Of a DNA stretch of 32,000 nucleotides, positions 17,463 to 26,503 are shown piece by piece. The translations under genes and the position numbers were made by a program. The notes beneath the pieces were generated by a model. It was given only the letters and a program-made list of their open reading frames with translations. It was not told the DNA's origin and made no database searches. The stretch is from Candidatus Saccharimonadota bacterium (GTDB lineage Bacteria > Pseudomonadota > Gammaproteobacteria > Burkholderiales > Burkholderiaceae). The first letter of the stretch is position 1. The number at the start of each line of letters is the position of its first letter. The DNA lies in assembly GCF_016593155.1 (NCBI RefSeq), contig NZ_AP023215.1, positions 150,001 to 182,000 of the forward strand. The letters run 5' to 3'.

Positions 17463-18656
17463 ATGACACTTATGCGTTATCATTATATTCCAAAAATTAA
17501 TATAATATTTCATATATTATTTTTTCTTTTTTTTTTTATAATAATTTTTCCTGGAAAAATTACTTATAGTAAAGAAATAAAAATTGGAACATCAATACCA
17601 TTAACTGGACAATTTTCTGATATTGGTAAATACTATCATGATGCCTATCAATTAACTGTTGATAAAATTAATGCCAATGGAGGCGTAAAAATTAATAATT
17701 CATTTAAAAAATTATCCCTTAAATTATACGATAATCAATCGGATATCGGTATTAATAGGAATCAATATACCAAACTCATCACAAAAGACAAGGTTAATTT
17801 TTTATTAGGACCTTTTTTAAATAATTTTATACTAAATAATTCCTTGATTTCCGAAAAATATAAAACTCTTATGATGCAAAGTTGCGGAGTTTCAGATCAA
17901 ATTTTATCAAAAAATTTTAAATATATTTTTGGTTTATTAATACCAGCTAAAAATTATTTTGAAAATACTATAAAAATTTTAAAAAAAATGAAAATAAAAA
18001 ATAAAAACATTGTATTTCTTTATGCAAATGATGCATTTAATACTGCTATTGCAAATGGGGCATCTTTAATACTTAAAAAAGCTCATTTAAATAAAATTAT
18101 AAATAAAACTTATTCATTAAATACTATTGATTTTACTTCATTAATATCACAAATAAAAAACATAAATACAAAAATAATACTTTTTGCTGGATACGAGGAA
18201 AACATTATTAATTTTATACGACAAATTAAAATTTTTAAAATAAAATCTACATTTTTTTCATTTACCTCTGATTTATTAAATAAAAATATTAAAAATTTAC
18301 TAAAAAATGAAGATAATTATACTTATGGTATAACTCCTTGGTTACCTAATTTTAATTTAAAAGATCGTTGGTTTAATAATGCTCAAAATTTTTCAAATGA
18401 ATATAAAAAGAAATTTGGATATTATCCTGATTATCATTCAGTTTTTGCTGTAATTGATATTGAATCGTTAGTATATGCAATAGAAAAAGCAAATGATATT
18501 AATCAATTAAAAGTAAAAAAACAACTAAAAAAAATAAATTTTAATAATGTATATGGTAAAATTACTTTTAATCAAAATAATAAAATGATAATATCACAAA
18601 AAGTTATTAAAATTCAAAATAATAAATTAATTCCAGTTCATGCTAAATTAAATTAA
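17463..18656 (+). CDS. livK: ABC transporter periplasmic substrate-binding protein, HAAT (Liv/Bra, Peripla_BP_6) family
   Basis: N-terminal hydrophobic signal-like segment (IIFHILFFLFFFIIIFPG), followed by IKIGTSIPLTGQFSDIGKYYHDAYQLTVDKINANGGV, the hallmark start of LivJ/LivK-type binding proteins. First gene of a K-H-M-G-F ordered operon. Confidence 0.7.
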   Translation: MTLMRYHYIPKINIIFHILFFLFFFIIIFPGKITYSKEIKIGTSIPLTGQFSDIGKYYHDAYQLTVDKINANGGVKINNSFKKLSLKLYDNQSDIGINRNQYTKLITKDKVNFLLGPFLNNFILNNSLISEKYKTLMMQSCGVSDQILSKNFKYIFGLLIPAKNYFENTIKILKKMKIKNKNIVFLYANDAFNTAIANGASLILKKAHLNKIINKTYSLNTIDFTSLISQIKNINTKIILFAGYEENIINFIRQIKIFKIKSTFFSFTSDLLNKNIKNLLKNEDNYTYGITPWLPNFNLKDRWFNNAQNFSNEYKKKFGYYPDYHSVFAVIDIESLVYAIEKANDINQLKVKKQLKKINFNNVYGKITFNQNNKMIISQKVIKIQNNKLIPVHAKLN

Positions 18657-18708
18657 TTTTTATAATATTAAAGTTTTATTTTAAAAATTTTTAAAATCTA
18701 AAAAAATA

Positions 18709-19572
18709 ATGAATTTATTCATACAAATTTTTATTAATGGTATCTTACAAGGGGGATTTTATATTATAATAGCACTAGGATTAACCCTAACTTGGGGAAT
18801 ACTTAATATTCCTAATCTTACCCATGGGACATTTATTATATTAGGCGGTTATATAACATGGTATTTATATAATAAATTTCATATTGATCCATTATTAAAT
18901 TTACCAATTGTAGTATCAGTAATGTTTATATTAGGTTATGTGCTACAACGTGGATTAATTAATTTAGTTATAAAAGCTCCAAAATTCAATACCCTTTTAC
19001 TTACTTTTGGATTAAATATTCTGATAACAAACATAATACAATTAATATTTTCAACAAAATCTCATATTATTAATCCAATTTATGCAAATAAAAGCATAAT
19101 ATTTGGACATTTTTTATTTCCTGAAATTAAATTGATAGCATTTTTTATGGGAATTTTTTTAGCAATAGGTATGTGGTTTTTTTTATTACATACTAAATTA
19201 GGATGTTCAATTCGAGCAACCCCTCAAAACCTAATAATTGCACGTTTTTGTGGAATAAATCCAAGACATTTATATGCAATAACCTTTGCTATTAGTACCG
19301 GTATTTCTGGAATTGCTGGAGCATTTTATGGAATGATATTTCAAATTAACCCATATATTGGCCCTATGCTTACAACCAAATCATTTATAATTTCTAGTAT
19401 TGGAGGATTAAATAATCCGATTAATATAATTTTTGGAGCAATATTATTAGGTATTGTAGAATCTTTAACTACATTATACATTGGACCAACTTTTACTGAT
19501 TTGTTTAGTTTTGGTATTTTAGTTTTAATACTTTCTTTTCGTCCAAATGGATTAATGGGAAAAGCTACATGA
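18709..19572 (+). CDS. livH: HAAT-family ABC transporter permease (LivH-like)
   Basis: FINGILQGGFYIIIALGLTLTWGILNIPNLTHGTFIILGGY matches the LivH N-terminal signature. The protein is polytopic and hydrophobic. Its stop overlaps the next start (ATGA at 19569-19572). Confidence 0.8.
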   Translation: MNLFIQIFINGILQGGFYIIIALGLTLTWGILNIPNLTHGTFIILGGYITWYLYNKFHIDPLLNLPIVVSVMFILGYVLQRGLINLVIKAPKFNTLLLTFGLNILITNIIQLIFSTKSHIINPIYANKSIIFGHFLFPEIKLIAFFMGIFLAIGMWFFLLHTKLGCSIRATPQNLIIARFCGINPRHLYAITFAISTGISGIAGAFYGMIFQINPYIGPMLTTKSFIISSIGGLNNPINIIFGAILLGIVESLTTLYIGPTFTDLFSFGILVLILSFRPNGLMGKAT

Positions 19573-20522
19573 AAAATTTAAAATTATTTCAATACTCTAT
19601 TTATATATTAATATTAATATTATTATTTTTTTTACCTTCATACGCTCCGGATGTATTAATGCAATTTAGTATTAATGTATTATTATTATCTGTACTAGCG
19701 CAAAGCTGGAATCTTATTGGAGGTTACACTAATTATGTTTCTTTTGGTAATTCAGTATTTTATGGACTTGGTAATTATTGTACGGCAATAGCAATAAAAA
19801 AATGTAATTTTTCTTTTGGTATTAGTTTAATATTTAGCATATTATTAGTCATATTTTTTGCAATATTAATCGGAGGATTTATTTTTCGCTTAAAAGGACA
19901 TTACTTTGCAGTTACAACTTTAGCACTTTCTCAAGTAACAATGTCAATTGTATCTAATATAAAATTAACTGGAAAAAATATTGGATTAATAATTCCCGTA
20001 TTTAATAATGATACTTTTTTTTATGAAATATCTTTATTATTATTAATTATTATAACATTAAATATTTATTTATTAACTAAAAGTAAATTTATATTAGGAT
20101 TAATGGCAATTCGTGAAAACGAAGAAAATGCAGTAGCATTAGGTATTAATACTACTTTTTATAAAATATTAATGCTAATATTTTCAGGTACATTTACCGC
20201 ATTAGCGGGAAGTATTTATGCCTATTGGGTTTCTTTTGTTAACCCAAGTGCTTTCGACACAAGTCTTAATGTAAGAATGATTCTTATAACAGTTTTAGGT
20301 GGTTTAGGAACAACAATTGGTCCAATTATAGGTACATTTTTATTTTTATTTTTATCGGAAATTATGGTTAATAATCTAACCGGTATTGCTAATATATTTT
20401 TAGGGTTTACAATTATAATTTTAATAATAATTATACCTAATGGTTTTATAGAAATTTTAATTAATCCTCATAAAATTAATAAAAATTATTTCATTAAAAA
20501 CATTCAAAAAAATAAATTATGA
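19569..20522 (+). CDS. livM: HAAT-family ABC transporter permease (LivM-like)
   Basis: Hydrophobic, with LAQSWNLIGGYTNYVSFGNSVFYGLGNY and AIRENEENAVALGIN, both LivM hallmarks. It has ATGA overlaps with both neighbouring genes. Confidence 0.8.
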   Translation: MKNLKLFQYSIYILILILLFFLPSYAPDVLMQFSINVLLLSVLAQSWNLIGGYTNYVSFGNSVFYGLGNYCTAIAIKKCNFSFGISLIFSILLVIFFAILIGGFIFRLKGHYFAVTTLALSQVTMSIVSNIKLTGKNIGLIIPVFNNDTFFYEISLLLLIIITLNIYLLTKSKFILGLMAIRENEENAVALGINTTFYKILMLIFSGTFTALAGSIYAYWVSFVNPSAFDTSLNVRMILITVLGGLGTTIGPIIGTFLFLFLSEIMVNNLTGIANIFLGFTIIILIIIIPNGFIEILINPHKINKNYFIKNIQKNKL

Positions 20523-21235
20523 CATCTATTTTAAAAGTCTTTAATATTACTAAATACTGTAACAATTTTTTAATAATTAATAATATAAATTTTTCATTAA
20601 AAAAAGGTGAAATATTAGGAGTAACTGGAAATAATGAATCCGGTAAAACAATACTTACACGCATAATTAGTGGTTTTTTAAGACAAGATAAAGGAAATAT
20701 TTTTTTACAAAAAAAATTAATTAATTCTTTTTTACCTTTTAAACGAGTTCGCATAGGTATTATTCATATATTTCAAAATACAAATTTATTTACCAATTTA
20801 TCTGTTTTAGATAATGTAACAATTAGTATATTATTTGGATCAAATCATAATATGAACCTCATTTATTCACGTGAAAAAGCATTTGAATATTTAAAATTTG
20901 TAGGTCTTCAAAAATTTTCTAATTCCAGTATTAATAAATTAACTCAATTTAATAAAAAAAAATTAAAATTAGCGAAAGCTTTTGGAGTAGAACCAAAAAT
21001 AATTTTATTAGATGAAATAATGTCTGGTTTAAATAAAATTGAAATTTTAAAATTAGCTAAAATAATTGAAAAAATTCGTAATTTAGATATTAGTATTTTA
21101 TTTGTTGATAAAAATTTTAATGCTATTAAAATTTTAGTAGATCGCTTATTAGTTTTATATCGCGGTAAGAAAATAGCAGATGATTTTCCAAAAACAATAT
21201 TATCTGATAAAATTTTACTAAATAAAATGATTTAG
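20519..21235 (+). CDS. livG: HAAT-family ABC transporter ATP-binding protein (LivG-like), with divergent signature and H-loop motifs
   Basis: Walker A GNNESGKT, Q-loop HIFQ, Walker B IILLDEIMSGL. The signature region reads LTQFNKKKLKLAKAF. The H-loop position reads FVDKNF (Lys where His is expected). Confidence 0.75.
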   Translation: MTSILKVFNITKYCNNFLIINNINFSLKKGEILGVTGNNESGKTILTRIISGFLRQDKGNIFLQKKLINSFLPFKRVRIGIIHIFQNTNLFTNLSVLDNVTISILFGSNHNMNLIYSREKAFEYLKFVGLQKFSNSSINKLTQFNKKKLKLAKAFGVEPKIILLDEIMSGLNKIEILKLAKIIEKIRNLDISILFVDKNFNAIKILVDRLLVLYRGKKIADDFPKTILSDKILLNKMI

Positions 21236-21242
21236 AAAAATT

Positions 21243-21941
21243 ATGAAAGATAAAAATAAAAAATATCCAATTTTAGAAATTAAAAATTTATATTTAAAAT
21301 ATAACAATAAATTAATTTTAAATAAAATTAATTTAAAAATTTTTTACGGAGAAATAGTAACTTTAATTGGAGAAAAAAATTCCGGAAAAACTACCTTGGC
21401 TCATGCATTATATAATATGTTACCATATACTGGTAATATTACTTTTAATAAAAATAAAATATATAAATTAACATATGATAAAATTTTTAAATTGGGATTA
21501 GCATATGTTATGCAAAAAAATAAATTATTTAACCAAATAACAGTGGAAGAAAACTTACTAATAGGGGCTTATTTAAGAACTGATAAACTTTTAATTATAA
21601 AAGATTTAAATAAAATATATTCAATATTTCCTCAATTATTTGAAAGGCGCATGCAATTAGCTATCAATTTATCCAATGGAGAAAAAAAAATATGCTCAAT
21701 AGCACGCGCATTAATGGCTTCACCAAAATTTATAATTATTGATGAAATTAGTTTAGGAATTACAAGTAAAATAATAAAAAAAATAATAAAAATATTAGTA
21801 CAAATACAAAAATTTGGTACAACTATTTTTTTAATAGAAAAAAATGCACAATTAATTATACCTATTTCTAATCATATTTACATTATAAAAAATGGAAACA
21901 TTATAAATCAAAAAATAACTAAAAATTATAAATATAAATAA
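21243..21941 (+). CDS. livF: HAAT-family ABC transporter ATP-binding protein (LivF-like)
   Basis: Walker A GEKNSGKTT, signature LSNGEKKICSIARAL, Walker B FIIIDEISLGI, and IEKNA at the LivF VEQNA position. Confidence 0.8.
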   Translation: MKDKNKKYPILEIKNLYLKYNNKLILNKINLKIFYGEIVTLIGEKNSGKTTLAHALYNMLPYTGNITFNKNKIYKLTYDKIFKLGLAYVMQKNKLFNQITVEENLLIGAYLRTDKLLIIKDLNKIYSIFPQLFERRMQLAINLSNGEKKICSIARALMASPKFIIIDEISLGITSKIIKKIIKILVQIQKFGTTIFLIEKNAQLIIPISNHIYIIKNGNIINQKITKNYKYK

Positions 21942-21987
21942 TTTATAAAAATAAAATAATCCTATAAATTTATTAACTGGAAAAAAA

Positions 21988-22230
21988 ATGACAAAAAATG
22001 ATATTTTTAATATTATTAAAAAAAATATTTTAGACACTTTACCTAAAATATCACCAAATATAATTTCATATAAAAAGAAATTAATTGATTTAGGCGCAAA
22101 TTCTGTAGATAGAATTGAAATTATTATCATGTCCATGAAAGATTTAAACATAAAAATTCCATTACTTAATTTTTCTAAAGTATCTACAATTGAAGATTTA
22201 ATAAATGTATTAATATCTTATGTTTTATAA
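21988..22230 (+). CDS. Free-standing acyl carrier protein (donor ACP of the HMGS beta-branching cassette, PedN/AcpK-like)
   Basis: 80 aa. LIDLGANSVDRIEIIIMSMKDL carries the Ser of the G-x-(D/N)-S motif. It lies next to the HMGS gene in convergent orientation. Confidence 0.8.
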   Translation: MTKNDIFNIIKKNILDTLPKISPNIISYKKKLIDLGANSVDRIEIIIMSMKDLNIKIPLLNFSKVSTIEDLINVLISYVL

Positions 22231-22262
22231 ATTTTATAAAATATTAAAATTATAAAATTAAA

Positions 22263-23546
22263 TTAATTAAACCATTTATAACGCCTATAAAATCCCTTAA
22301 TTTCCACTAAAAATATTCTTTTTTTATTATTTTTTTTTAATGATTTTTTTATAAATTTCCATACATTTGGTAAAATATTAACATCTAAAACCACATCCCT
22401 GGTACCAAATTTAACAGCATTTTTATCTTTTATTAATACCTCATATTCCTCTATATTTAATTGATAACGAGAATCTAAATATTTTTTAATTTTTAATAAC
22501 TTAATTTTTTCTTGACTAATAGATGTTGCAACACCACTATAAAATTCCGAACTACAACCAGATCCATATGAAAATAATCCAATTCTTTTAGGAAAGTTAA
22601 AATCTCCATTTTCAATAATACTAATTAAAGAAACCATAATAGTCCCCCCCATAATATTACCAACTTTTTGACAAAATATTAAACCTAACTTTACACGTTT
22701 CTGAAAATCTTTTTCAATATCAATTTTATTAATATTAGAACTATGTTGACGCATCATATAACGATGAGCACCATTAACCATACCTCCGAACGGGGTATGA
22801 AAACTTAAATAATCAAAAGAAGTTTTATAATTAATATTAGGTACACGTTTTTTATACTCTTGAAAACTTTGAGTACAACAATCTAAATATGATAACAAAG
22901 ATAGATCTGCATTTCCAGCTTCACTATCTGGTATTGGACGACATGTATCCATTACTTCAAAACTATAATACCCATTAGAACCAATATCAAATTGAAATAT
23001 TTCAGGTTTATCACTGATTAGCATAGCTACAGCTCCTGCTCCTCCACTTGGCTCAAAAAAAGCCCACTCCATTGTTAATTCATTTTTATCCTCTGTAACT
23101 AAAAAACGAGAAATATCGGTAGCAATAACCAATGCTTTAGCACCCGGAGATACTTTAGACAAAATAAAATTAATTGCCATTTGTAAACCAGCTGTACAAG
23201 AATAACAAGCTTGTTTTAATTCAAATAAACGACAATTACGATTTAAGCCTAAATAATAATGAATATATGTGCTCATTGATTTTCCAAAATCAATTCCTGA
23301 TTCCGAGCACGTAATAATTAATTCAATACGATTTTTATCAATATTAGATAAATTATCAATTAATGGTGCCGCGGCATTAATAGCAAAACTAACTGGATCT
23401 TCATACGGTAAAGCAACAGATTTTTGTTGCATAAGTAGATTTTCAAAACGCAAAGTATCTAGTTTTCTATATTCAGCTAATTCCATAACATCAATAAATA
23501 CACTTCCTCCATACAAATTAATTGCCTCAATTCCAACTTTTATCAT
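22263..23546 (-). CDS. HMG-CoA synthase-like beta-branching enzyme (HMGS; PedP/PksG family)
   Basis: MIKVGIEAINLYGGSVFIDVMELAEYR; active-site KQACYSCTAGLQMA; FHTPFGGMV; SYGSGCSSEF. Confidence 0.9.
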   Translation of the reverse strand: MIKVGIEAINLYGGSVFIDVMELAEYRKLDTLRFENLLMQQKSVALPYEDPVSFAINAAAPLIDNLSNIDKNRIELIITCSESGIDFGKSMSTYIHYYLGLNRNCRLFELKQACYSCTAGLQMAINFILSKVSPGAKALVIATDISRFLVTEDKNELTMEWAFFEPSGGAGAVAMLISDKPEIFQFDIGSNGYYSFEVMDTCRPIPDSEAGNADLSLLSYLDCCTQSFQEYKKRVPNINYKTSFDYLSFHTPFGGMVNGAHRYMMRQHSSNINKIDIEKDFQKRVKLGLIFCQKVGNIMGGTIMVSLISIIENGDFNFPKRIGLFSYGSGCSSEFYSGVATSISQEKIKLLKIKKYLDSRYQLNIEEYEVLIKDKNAVKFGTRDVVLDVNILPNVWKFIKKSLKKNNKKRIFLVEIKGFYRRYKWFN

Positions 23547-23567
23547 ATTTATTCTCTCATATAATTT

Positions 23568-24590
23568 TTATAATGGTATTTTATTGTTGCTTGAAATTTG
23601 ACTAAAATCAACAGATTCCTCATAAAATTGAATTTTATTTTCTAAAAAATTTAATAAAAAATTATTAAAAGGTTTTCCATGTAATTTATTTTTTAACTTT
23701 ATTTTAACATCATATATTGGGAGCATGCGAATAACATAAATTTCTCTTGCTTGTTGTGTATTTTTCCAATATTCTGCAAAATGAAAATTTTTATTGTTAA
23801 ATAATAAAACTTTACCTTTTGTTTCAATAGTTTCAATAAAATCATTAATATATTGTGTTTTAACTAAAGAAATCATATTTTTATATATACTCATTAACTC
23901 TTGATGCATTTTACTTTTAATAAACGCATTAATTTGAGAATAACTAATTAAATTAGGATTAATATAATTATTTTTATCTAAATAGAGTAAATTTTTTGAA
24001 AAATATTTATATAATAATTTTAATAATATATTTCCAGGAATTTTTAGTATTTTTTCTGGTAAAACTTTAAGTCTTCCCCCATTAATATAATTTAAATCAA
24101 TCAAAGGAATATATATACTTAAATCATTCTCAGTTTCATAGAAATGATGAAAATTCGGTAAATCACTATGTATTCCAGCTGCTGAAGATAAATGATTACT
24201 ATGTAAATACATATCATATGAAACAAGCATATAATGAGTTTTAAAAAAACGAAAAAAACCTTTTTCCAATAATTCTTTTAATATTTTTTTAATAAAAATT
24301 TGCTCGCAATAAACAGCTTTATTATAAGATTTATTATAAAAATTTTTAACCAATATTTTTCCAAATTTTGGAAATACTTTTAAAAAAAAATTTAAAAATT
24401 TTTTTTGCATCATATATCCCAAATGCTCATTATAAGCAAAAAATTTTGGAAAATCATTATGACCTATTTTTTTACTTAAATAATATTCTCGAATCTCATT
24501 AACTAAATTGTCACTTAAAGAAATATTAGTTTCAATAAAGCCATTAGTATAATATTCCATAAAATATTTTTCTTTAAGAATTTTAAACAC
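23568..24590 (-). CDS. Putative non-heme Fe(II)/2-oxoglutarate-dependent oxygenase (PhyH-like fold), a tailoring enzyme of unknown substrate
   Basis: HxD-like AAGIHSDLP; LSIYIPLIDLNYINGGRLKVLP (PhyH pattern: hydrophobic-LxD...NG-L-V-P); distal His in GKVLLFNNKNFHFAEYWKN. The assignment rests on motifs only. The start could be Met1 or Met11. Confidence 0.45.
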   Translation of the reverse strand: MFKILKEKYFMEYYTNGFIETNISLSDNLVNEIREYYLSKKIGHNDFPKFFAYNEHLGYMMQKKFLNFFLKVFPKFGKILVKNFYNKSYNKAVYCEQIFIKKILKELLEKGFFRFFKTHYMLVSYDMYLHSNHLSSAAGIHSDLPNFHHFYETENDLSIYIPLIDLNYINGGRLKVLPEKILKIPGNILLKLLYKYFSKNLLYLDKNNYINPNLISYSQINAFIKSKMHQELMSIYKNMISLVKTQYINDFIETIETKGKVLLFNNKNFHFAEYWKNTQQAREIYVIRMLPIYDVKIKLKNKLHGKPFNNFLLNFLENKIQFYEESVDFSQISSNNKIPL

Positions 24591-24678
24591 TATAAAACCC
24601 CTTGTAGTTAAATTATTTTTAATGAATATTTATTTTTTAATAAATTTCCTAAAGATTACTAATTATTTTAAAAAATAC

Positions 24679-25440
24679 TTATTCCCATGGAAAATAACCA
24701 GTATTTATATAATAAGAAATTTTTTCTAAATTTTTAGAATTAGAAAATAATTTATGATTAGTAGAAACTGCATTATCTTTTGAATGTAATAAAATATTAT
24801 TTAATTTATTTATATATTTTTTATAATTTTTAATACTATTTTTTGATAAATATTTAAGACGTAAAAGATGTTTATGTAATAATAAATCATTATTATTTGA
24901 AACGGCATCAACTAAATTCCATTCTAATGCTTGTTTTGCTGTAATTGGTTTAGTCATTAAAGTCATATAATTTGATCTTTGAAAACCTATACGTCTAATT
25001 AAAAATGGCAAAACACAAGCTGGAAATAAATTAAATAATAATTCAGACAAGCTAAATTGAGCATTAGGATTAGCCAAAACTATATCGCAAGCCGCAATAA
25101 AGCCAATTCCTCCAGCATTTACTTTACCGCTACATACATTAGATAGACTAATAAAAGGTCCACATGATAACATATACCATAATTCATATAATTTTTTTGA
25201 TTCTATTGGATGATTTTTTTTTATTATTTCATCAAAATCAGCCCCCAAACAAAATACTTTTGGTAATCCTTCTAAAACAACAATATGAAAAGGATTAGAG
25301 TAGTCATTTTTTTTTAAAATATGAAGACATTCATCAATCATGTCATGATTAATCATATTATTATTTTTTTTATTACAAAATCGTATAAAACAAATAGATT
25401 TCTTTATATTTACTTCAATAGTTTTGTAATTCATATTCAA
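24679..25440 (-). CDS. Enoyl-CoA hydratase/isomerase (crotonase) family protein, the ECH of the beta-branching cassette (PedL-like)
   Basis: VVLEGLPKVFCLGADFDE and KVNAGGIGFIAACDIVLA are crotonase oxyanion-hole regions. Confidence 0.8.
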   Translation of the reverse strand: MNMNYKTIEVNIKKSICFIRFCNKKNNNMINHDMIDECLHILKKNDYSNPFHIVVLEGLPKVFCLGADFDEIIKKNHPIESKKLYELWYMLSCGPFISLSNVCSGKVNAGGIGFIAACDIVLANPNAQFSLSELLFNLFPACVLPFLIRRIGFQRSNYMTLMTKPITAKQALEWNLVDAVSNNNDLLLHKHLLRLKYLSKNSIKNYKKYINKLNNILLHSKDNAVSTNHKLFSNSKNLEKISYYINTGYFPWE

Positions 25441-25532
25441 TATTTGTATAATTTTTTATATAAAAAATTAAATTATCTAATACAAATTTTAATAAAAATA
25501 TACTCTATTTTTAAATAGAATTTGATAATAAA

Positions 25533-26201
25533 TTAATTATAAATTTTAGCCGTTGTTATTAAATAGTTATAACTTACCCCGGCAAAAATATCAACATTTG
25601 GTTTTTTATTTTTAATAATAAACTTAATTTTTTTATTTTCATAAAAAATTTTAATATCTTTCATATCTATAAAACTATTTATCTCACTAGACATGGCTTT
25701 AATAATAGATTCTTTAATACTAAATAATATTGCTAATGAATCAAAATTCAAACTAAATTCATTCATTATATCTATTTCATCTTTATCAATCACAAACATT
25801 GATTCTAAATCTTTTAATCTATTACTATATTTTGGAAAATAAATAATATCAATACCAATATTTGTTAAAGAAGGTATTTTTTTCATTATTACTACGGCGC
25901 ATAATTTATTGTCATGACTAATGCTGCCATTTATTTTATCTGGCCATATTGGATTTCTTAAATATCCAGTTAATATTTCTGTTTCTGGAAATCCAAGATA
26001 TTTTAACCCCCTTCTAGACAACCAACGTCCTGTTGAAAATTCTTTTTTTCTTTTAGAAACTGCATTAATTATTAATTTCTTTTCTTTTGGTAGTATTGGA
26101 TAATTATTAATTTTTGCTGTTTCTATAAATGTTTTTTTAGGAAACCATTTATATAAAATATTAGTAACATTAGTGATAATTTTATCTTCTTTAGTATTCA
26201 A
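25533..26201 (-). CDS. Sfp/EntD-type 4'-phosphopantetheinyl transferase
   Basis: GSISHDNKLCAVVI, IGIDIIYF and FSIKESIIKA (W/KEA motif). Confidence 0.85.
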   Translation of the reverse strand: MNTKEDKIITNVTNILYKWFPKKTFIETAKINNYPILPKEKKLIINAVSKRKKEFSTGRWLSRRGLKYLGFPETEILTGYLRNPIWPDKINGSISHDNKLCAVVIMKKIPSLTNIGIDIIYFPKYSNRLKDLESMFVIDKDEIDIMNEFSLNFDSLAILFSIKESIIKAMSSEINSFIDMKDIKIFYENKKIKFIIKNKKPNVDIFAGVSYNYLITTAKIYN

Positions 26202-26503
26202 TTTATACTTAATATTTAATTAATAATATTTATTTAATTAATAATATTTAATAATATTCATAATATTTTTTAACATTTTTTCTTCTAAAAATTATTTTAT
26301 TTAAAATTTTACATAAATATAAATTTTATATAAATTGACACATATAATAGTAAATTATATCCTCAACTAAATAATATAAAAAAATAACTATCTTTTCACT
26401 TTTATAATATAATATTTCAAATAAATTTTTTTATATAATATTGAAAAAAATATTTTATACTTATTAAAAATAATTTTCTTAAAATAAAATAGGTAAATAA
26501 AAA

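Noticed and set aside
20494-20754. 86-aa minus-strand ORF
   Set aside because: It is antisense to the livM/livG junction. The plus-strand genes have clear ABC motifs and translational coupling.
21852-22151. 99-aa minus-strand ORF spanning the livF end and the ACP start
   Set aside because: It is antisense to two motif-supported genes. The peptide is rich in Ile, Phe and Lys, as expected from AT-rich antisense sequence.
22230-22259. 10-bp inverted repeat AATTTTATAA-n10-TTATAAAATT between the convergent ACP and HMGS genes, a possible bidirectional terminator
   Set aside because: The stem is made of A/T pairs only, which makes it very weak. Such palindromes are expected by chance at this base composition, and there is no adjacent T-tract pattern typical of intrinsic terminators.
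23269-23601. 110-aa plus-strand ORF
   Set aside because: It is antisense to the HMGS N-terminus, which has unmistakable HMGS motifs.
25321-26103. Plus-strand ORFs at 25321-25518 and 25921-26103
   Set aside because: They are antisense to the ECH and PPTase genes respectively, and neither has motifs.
26211-26260. Reiterated atttaattaataatattt-type motifs upstream of the PPTase gene
   Set aside because: This is low-complexity AT sequence with overlapping imperfect copies. It cannot be told apart from the compositional background.
26335-26340. Consensus -35 hexamer TTGACA upstream of the AT gene
   Set aside because: No acceptable -10 hexamer lies at a 16-18 nt spacing (TATCCT at best). TATAAT-like strings occur everywhere at this composition, so a promoter cannot be called from sequence alone. 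A second TTGACA at 15736-15741 faces away from any gene.
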